Below are positions 59,910-64,000 of a DNA stretch of 64,000 bases, one piece after another (within the stretch, counting starts at the first letter, position 1; each line of letters starts with the position of its first letter). The position numbers were made by a program, and so were the translations under genes. Origin of the DNA: an uncultured delta proteobacterium (lineage in GTDB: Bacteria; Myxococcota_A; Polyangia; Fen-1088); assembly GCA_963767925.1 (NCBI GenBank), contig CAVYGB010000010.1:704001-768000 (forward strand), in the 5' to 3' direction. The notes under the pieces were generated by a model. That model worked only from the letters and a program-made list of their open reading frames with translations. It ran no database searches and was not told the DNA's origin.

Positions 59910-60012
59910 GCCACCAGCATGGTCCCGGACCAGATCCGAAAACAGCAAGATCGGGACAAACGGGGCAAGCCGGGGAAAGAAGCCCGCCCGCCCCGATGGC
60001 ACCCTCTGCGAC

Positions 60013-61224
60013 ATGAGCGAGGCAAGAGAGGACGAGCGACCGCGGGCCCTGATCATCGGGGGTGGCATCGGCGGGCCGGTGCTGGGGACCTGGCTGCGCC
60101 GACTGGGCATGGCGGTGGAGATCGCCGAGGCCCGCCCGGCGGTGGGAGGCGCGGAGGGCGCCTTCCTGGGGGTGGCGCCCAACGGGATGAACGTGCTCGA
60201 CCAGCTCGGGCTGGCCGATGAGGTGGCCGCCGAGGGTGTCCCCTGTCGGGCCTTCCGCTTCCACAACCGGGCGGGCAAGGCCATCGGCACCATCGATCGC
60301 AGCGGAGATGCGGGCGCCTTCGGGCGGCCGCTGACCATGGTCCGGCGTGCCCGGCTGCAGCAGGCGCTCGCGGCCGCGGCCGAGCGGGCGGGGGTGCGCA
60401 TCCGCCACGGCAAACGGCTGGCGGCCATCGATCGATCCGATCCGACCCGGGTGCTGGCCCGCTTCGAGGACGGAAGCACGGCGACCGGCGACCTGCTGAT
60501 CGGCTGCGACGGCCTGCGCTCGCGGGTGCGGGCGCTGGCGCTGCCCGGGGCGCCGACGCCGCGGTTCACCGGGCTGCTCGACTTCGGGGGGTTCGCCCGC
60601 CTGCCGGTGAGCCCGCTGCGGGCAGGCTGGAACGAGATGGTATTCGGGCGGCGGGCCTTCTTCGGGGCCTTCGCCACCGGCGACGGTGAGGTGTGGTGGT
60701 TCCACAACGGACCGGACGGGGGCGCCCAGCCGACCGCGCTGCCGGAGGCGGCGCGCGCGCACCTGCTGGCCCTCCACCGTGACGATCCTGCCTGGATCTC
60801 CGAGGTGATCCAGGCGACGCCCGAGGTGCTGGGACCCTGGCCCATCCACGAGCTGCCCCCCCTGTCCCGCTGGCACGACGGCCGGGTGTGCCTGCTCGGC
60901 GACGCCGCCCACGCCATGTCCCCGAGCGCCGGCCAGGGCGCCTCCCTGGCCATGGAGGACGCGCTGGTCCTGGCCCGCTGCCTGCGCGACGCGGGGCAGC
61001 CGGCGGCGGCCTTCGCCGCCTTCGAGCGGGAGCGGCGGCCGCGGGTCGACGCCATCTTCCGCGAAGCCCGCCGCAACGGCAGCGGCAAGGCCGCGACGGG
61101 CCTGCAAGCCTGGTTTCGCGACCGCCTGCTCCCTCTCTTCCTGAAACACGGCGCCGCCACCCAGACCCGCCACTACCGCTACCGCTGCCGTGGGATCGAC
61201 CCTGCTCCGGGCGGCGGGCGGTGA
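60013..61224 (+). CDS. FAD-dependent monooxygenase
   Basis: IIGGGIGG, IGCDGLRS, LLGDAAHAMSPSAGQGA. Confidence 0.92.
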   Translation: MSEAREDERPRALIIGGGIGGPVLGTWLRRLGMAVEIAEARPAVGGAEGAFLGVAPNGMNVLDQLGLADEVAAEGVPCRAFRFHNRAGKAIGTIDRSGDAGAFGRPLTMVRRARLQQALAAAAERAGVRIRHGKRLAAIDRSDPTRVLARFEDGSTATGDLLIGCDGLRSRVRALALPGAPTPRFTGLLDFGGFARLPVSPLRAGWNEMVFGRRAFFGAFATGDGEVWWFHNGPDGGAQPTALPEAARAHLLALHRDDPAWISEVIQATPEVLGPWPIHELPPLSRWHDGRVCLLGDAAHAMSPSAGQGASLAMEDALVLARCLRDAGQPAAAFAAFERERRPRVDAIFREARRNGSGKAATGLQAWFRDRLLPLFLKHGAATQTRHYRYRCRGIDPAPGGGR

Positions 61225-61230
61225 ACCCGC

Positions 61231-61927
61231 CTGCTCGGCGCGGATGGCGCTCAGCGGATCGACCCGCACCGCGCGCCAGGCGGGCAGCAGGCTCCCGGCC
61301 AGGGTCATCGAGAGCGCGACGGCCACTGCGCTGGCAAAGGTGGCGGCGTCCCAGGGGCTCACCCCCACCAGCAGCGCCTGCAGGCCGCGCCCGACCGCCG
61401 CCGCGAGGAGCAGGCCGGCGGCGACGCCGAGCCCGGCGAGCAGCAGGCCGCGGCCGAGGACCAGCCCGAGGACGTGGCCCGGACGGGCCCCGAGGGCCAT
61501 CCGCACGCCGATCTCCTGCCGCCGGCTCGAGACGGCGAAGGCGAACAGCCCGTGCAGGCCGATGGCTGCCAGCAGCAGGGCGATGGCGGCGATGGCGCTC
61601 AGCAGCCGCACCTGGGCCGAGCGGGGGGCGCTGTCGGCGGCGACGATCGCTCGAGCGTCTGGACGTCGGAGATTGGCTGCTGCGGATCGGCCGCGGCGAT
61701 GATGGCCCGCACCGCCGGCAGCAGGCTCGCGGGGGTCCGCTCCGCGCGGATCGCCAGGTCCTTGGGGGCGTACCAGACCAGCCCGCCGTCGGGCACCTGC
61801 GCGCTGGGGAGGTAGACCTGGGGCTCGCTGGGCCGTTCGAGGCCGCGCACCCGCACGTCGCCGGCCACGCCGACCACCGTCCGCTCGCGAAAGCCGATCT
61901 CGAAGCGGCGGCCCAGCGGATCTCGCC
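61231..61927 (-). pseudogene. 3' remnant of an ADOP-type ABC permease
   Basis: VVGVAGDVR..RRQEIGVRMALGA..VDPLSAIRAE; indel near 61650; CAG where a stop is expected; 5' part absent. Confidence 0.8.
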
Positions 61928-61977
61928 CCGGTCGGCGGCGACGGCGGCCGAGGCCTCCTCCACGACCACGCCCAGCC

Positions 61978-62085
61978 CCTGTGGCGCTCGGGATCGTCGG
62001 GCCAGCCCGCGGCGATCTGGGGGGTGAGCGAGCTGGTGAACCAGGTGTCGAAGACGTCGATCTCACCGGCGTCGGCGTCGCTCAT
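61978..62085 (-). pseudogene. valS: Short internal remnant of valyl-tRNA synthetase
   Basis: DVFDTWFTSSLTPQIAAGWPDDPERH resembles the ValRS DVxDTW motif region. Confidence 0.65.
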
Positions 62086-62130
62086 GGTCGGGTCTCCCGG
62101 GCGAGTATGCCCGACCGCGGGCGCCCGGCG

Positions 62131-62892
62131 TCAGCGCCGCCAGACGAAGACCCGGGGCTGACCCGGGCGGGCGGCGGGGCGAGCGGGCGGCGGCACGTAC
62201 TCCACGTCGGTGAGCCGGGCGCCCGCCGGCTGCTCCCCCCGCCAGTCGCCGCGATCGCCGCGCAGGCGGGCGTACATCCGCTCGGCGCTGCCCATCATCC
62301 AGAGCACGGCCGCCAGCAGCACGAGCTGGAAGCTCCAGAACAGCCCCGCGACCGCCAGGGCCACGCACACCACCCGGCCGACCTTGACCGCCAGTTCGGT
62401 GGCGCCGACCAGGCCCCGCCGGCGGGCCAGCCAGGCCCGCAAGATGCGGCCGCCGTCCGAGGGGAAGGCGGGCAGCAGGTTGAACACCGCCAGCAGGAGG
62501 TTGACCCAGCCGAACACGGCGAAGGCCCCGGCCAGGGCGGGGACCGAGGTGACCGCGGCCAGCCCGTGGCCCAGCCCGGCCAGCGCGAAGGAGACCGCCG
62601 GCCCGGCGGCGGCCACCGCGATCTCGTCGCCCGGCTTCCGGGGCAGGTCCGACATCTGGGCCGCCCCGCCGAAGAAGTGCAGCTCGATGCCGGCGACCGG
62701 CACCCCCAGGTGGCGCGCCATGAGGGCGTGCCCCAGCTCGTGCAGCACGACCGAGCCCGCCGCGACGAGCACCACCGCCAGCCCCTGCAGGCCGCCCATC
62801 CACAGCAGGACGACGCCCAGCATGAGCAGGAACGAGAGATTCACCCGTATCGGAAACCCGGCCAGGGTGCCCAGCCGAAAGCTCGAGAACAT
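62131..62892 (-). CDS. Site-2 protease (M50 family)
   Basis: LHELGH, VAAAGP, FNLLPAFPSDGGR. Confidence 0.92.
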   Translation of the reverse strand: MFSSFRLGTLAGFPIRVNLSFLLMLGVVLLWMGGLQGLAVVLVAAGSVVLHELGHALMARHLGVPVAGIELHFFGGAAQMSDLPRKPGDEIAVAAAGPAVSFALAGLGHGLAAVTSVPALAGAFAVFGWVNLLLAVFNLLPAFPSDGGRILRAWLARRRGLVGATELAVKVGRVVCVALAVAGLFWSFQLVLLAAVLWMMGSAERMYARLRGDRGDWRGEQPAGARLTDVEYVPPPARPAARPGQPRVFVWRR

Positions 62893-62970
62893 GTCCCCAT
62901 CACTTGAACCACCGCCCCCCCCCCGTCAAACCGCGCCACCCACGGGCGCCGCCTCTGACGCGGCGACCGT

Positions 62971-64000
62971 CTAACGCAGCTTTTCCAGGATGAAGCCTTC
63001 GGCCATCTCGCCGGAGGTGAAGACGATGCGGGGAGCGAGGGCGTATTCCCCGAGGAGGTGGGAGACCAGGGTGAGGTGGCCGAGGACCTTGTTGCCGTAG
63101 GCCTGGCGGATGCAATCGCTGCGCAGGTCCTCGAACCAGCGGGGGGTGGCGGCGAGCCGGGCGAGAAAGGCCTCGATGTCCGCGCCGGTCAGGGTCTTCT
63201 TGGGGCCCATGACGTCGGGCCGGGCGGCCAGCTCCCGCCGGCGCTCCTCGAGGCGCTGCAGGTAGGTCGGCGGATCGACGAAGCGGCCGGAGGCGTCCTG
63301 CAGCTTGCCCTGGACGGCGAGGATGACCCCGCTGTCGCCGAGCGAGACCAGCTCGCCGCCGAGCTTGCCGGTCGCCACCAGCTCCTTCAAGCGGGCGAAG
63401 GCGGCGGCGGCGGCCGGGGTGGCGGCGATCAGCTTCTTCAGCTCGTCGAGGTAAGCTTGCCGGGCGGCCGGGTAGCTGGTGAGGCCGGGCCGGGTCCAGA
63501 CCTTGGCGCTCGACTCGTCGTGGCCGAAGCGCAGGCTGGTCGCGGTCGGCCCGCTCTCGCCGGTGGGCCAGTAGGTGACCTGGAAGCTGCCGCCGCCGGC
63601 GTCGAGGATGATCCGGTCGAGCTGGTCGTGGGTGGCGGCGGCGTAGCCGTACGAGCCCTCCTGGTCGCCGGTGATGATGTTCACCGGGAAGCCCAGCTTG
63701 GCCTGGAACCAGGCCTTTATCTCGTCGGGGTTGGTGGCGGTGCGGGCCCACTGGGTGGCCACCGCGCCGAGCAGCTCGCCGCCGTCGCCGGCGCAGACCT
63801 GGCCGTAGCTCTCGAGCTGGGCGAGCAGGGCGTCCATGTCGGCGCGGGACAGCGCCCGGGGGGCCATGGCGCTGTCGACAACCCGGTCGCGCAGGCGCAT
63901 GGCCTTCTTGCAGACCCGCTCGCCCTCCAGGCTGGCGCGATCGCCGCCCACGGCGGTGGAGGTGACGATCAGCTTGACGTTGGTGCTGCCGATGTCGAAG
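62971..64000 (-). CDS. Ppx/GppA-like ASKHA phosphatase, 5' end outside the window
   Basis: FDIGSTNVK at the window edge, AVATQWAR, IITGDQEG, LDAGGGSFQ. Confidence 0.8.
   Translation of the reverse strand, partial: FDIGSTNVKLIVTSTAVGGDRASLEGERVCKKAMRLRDRVVDSAMAPRALSRADMDALLAQLESYGQVCAGDGGELLGAVATQWARTATNPDEIKAWFQAKLGFPVNIITGDQEGSYGYAAATHDQLDRIILDAGGGSFQVTYWPTGESGPTATSLRFGHDESSAKVWTRPGLTSYPAARQAYLDELKKLIAATPAAAAAFARLKELVATGKLGGELVSLGDSGVILAVQGKLQDASGRFVDPPTYLQRLEERRRELAARPDVMGPKKTLTGADIEAFLARLAATPRWFEDLRSDCIRQAYGNKVLGHLTLVSHLLGEYALAPRIVFTSGEMAEGFILEKLR

Noticed and set aside
59910..62085. 700-aa and 824-aa minus-strand ORFs as real proteins
   Set aside because: Mostly antisense to the monooxygenase; only the regulator and the remnants are meaningful

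Overview
Very GC-rich bacterial chromosomal DNA. The gene content (Pro-rich lipoproteins, FHA-GGDEF, PilZ, CotH, ADOP permeases) suggests Myxococcota; this is inference. There are about 45 CDS. Core genes: corA, class II nrdJ with tandem NrdR boxes, ftsE/ftsX/envC-like/ctpA, rsmG, an RluA-family synthase, tatB/tatC, recQ and a stand-alone rplC. Accessory genes include many secreted proteins and lipoproteins, a BadF-type activator with its dehydratase partner, and several short gene remnants. Scattered single-base indels (about 9 in nrdJ) look like consensus errors. The strongest non-coding signal lies around an HUH/Y1 (RAYT-like) transposase at 2.3-3.0 kb: a CTAG-bounded hairpin element, a three-stem palindrome, a (GAGCT)16 tract and inverted repeats bracketing 4.6 kb. 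Four otherwise unrelated intergenic palindrome families across the window share one G-CAGA-C hairpin loop. Other oddities are a degenerate FtsE, a hyper-acidic lipoprotein, an MgtE-N/CorA fusion, a MarR-AraC fusion and a modular 234-bp repeat. No rRNA, tRNA or CRISPR array was seen. All calls are by eye, without database searches.
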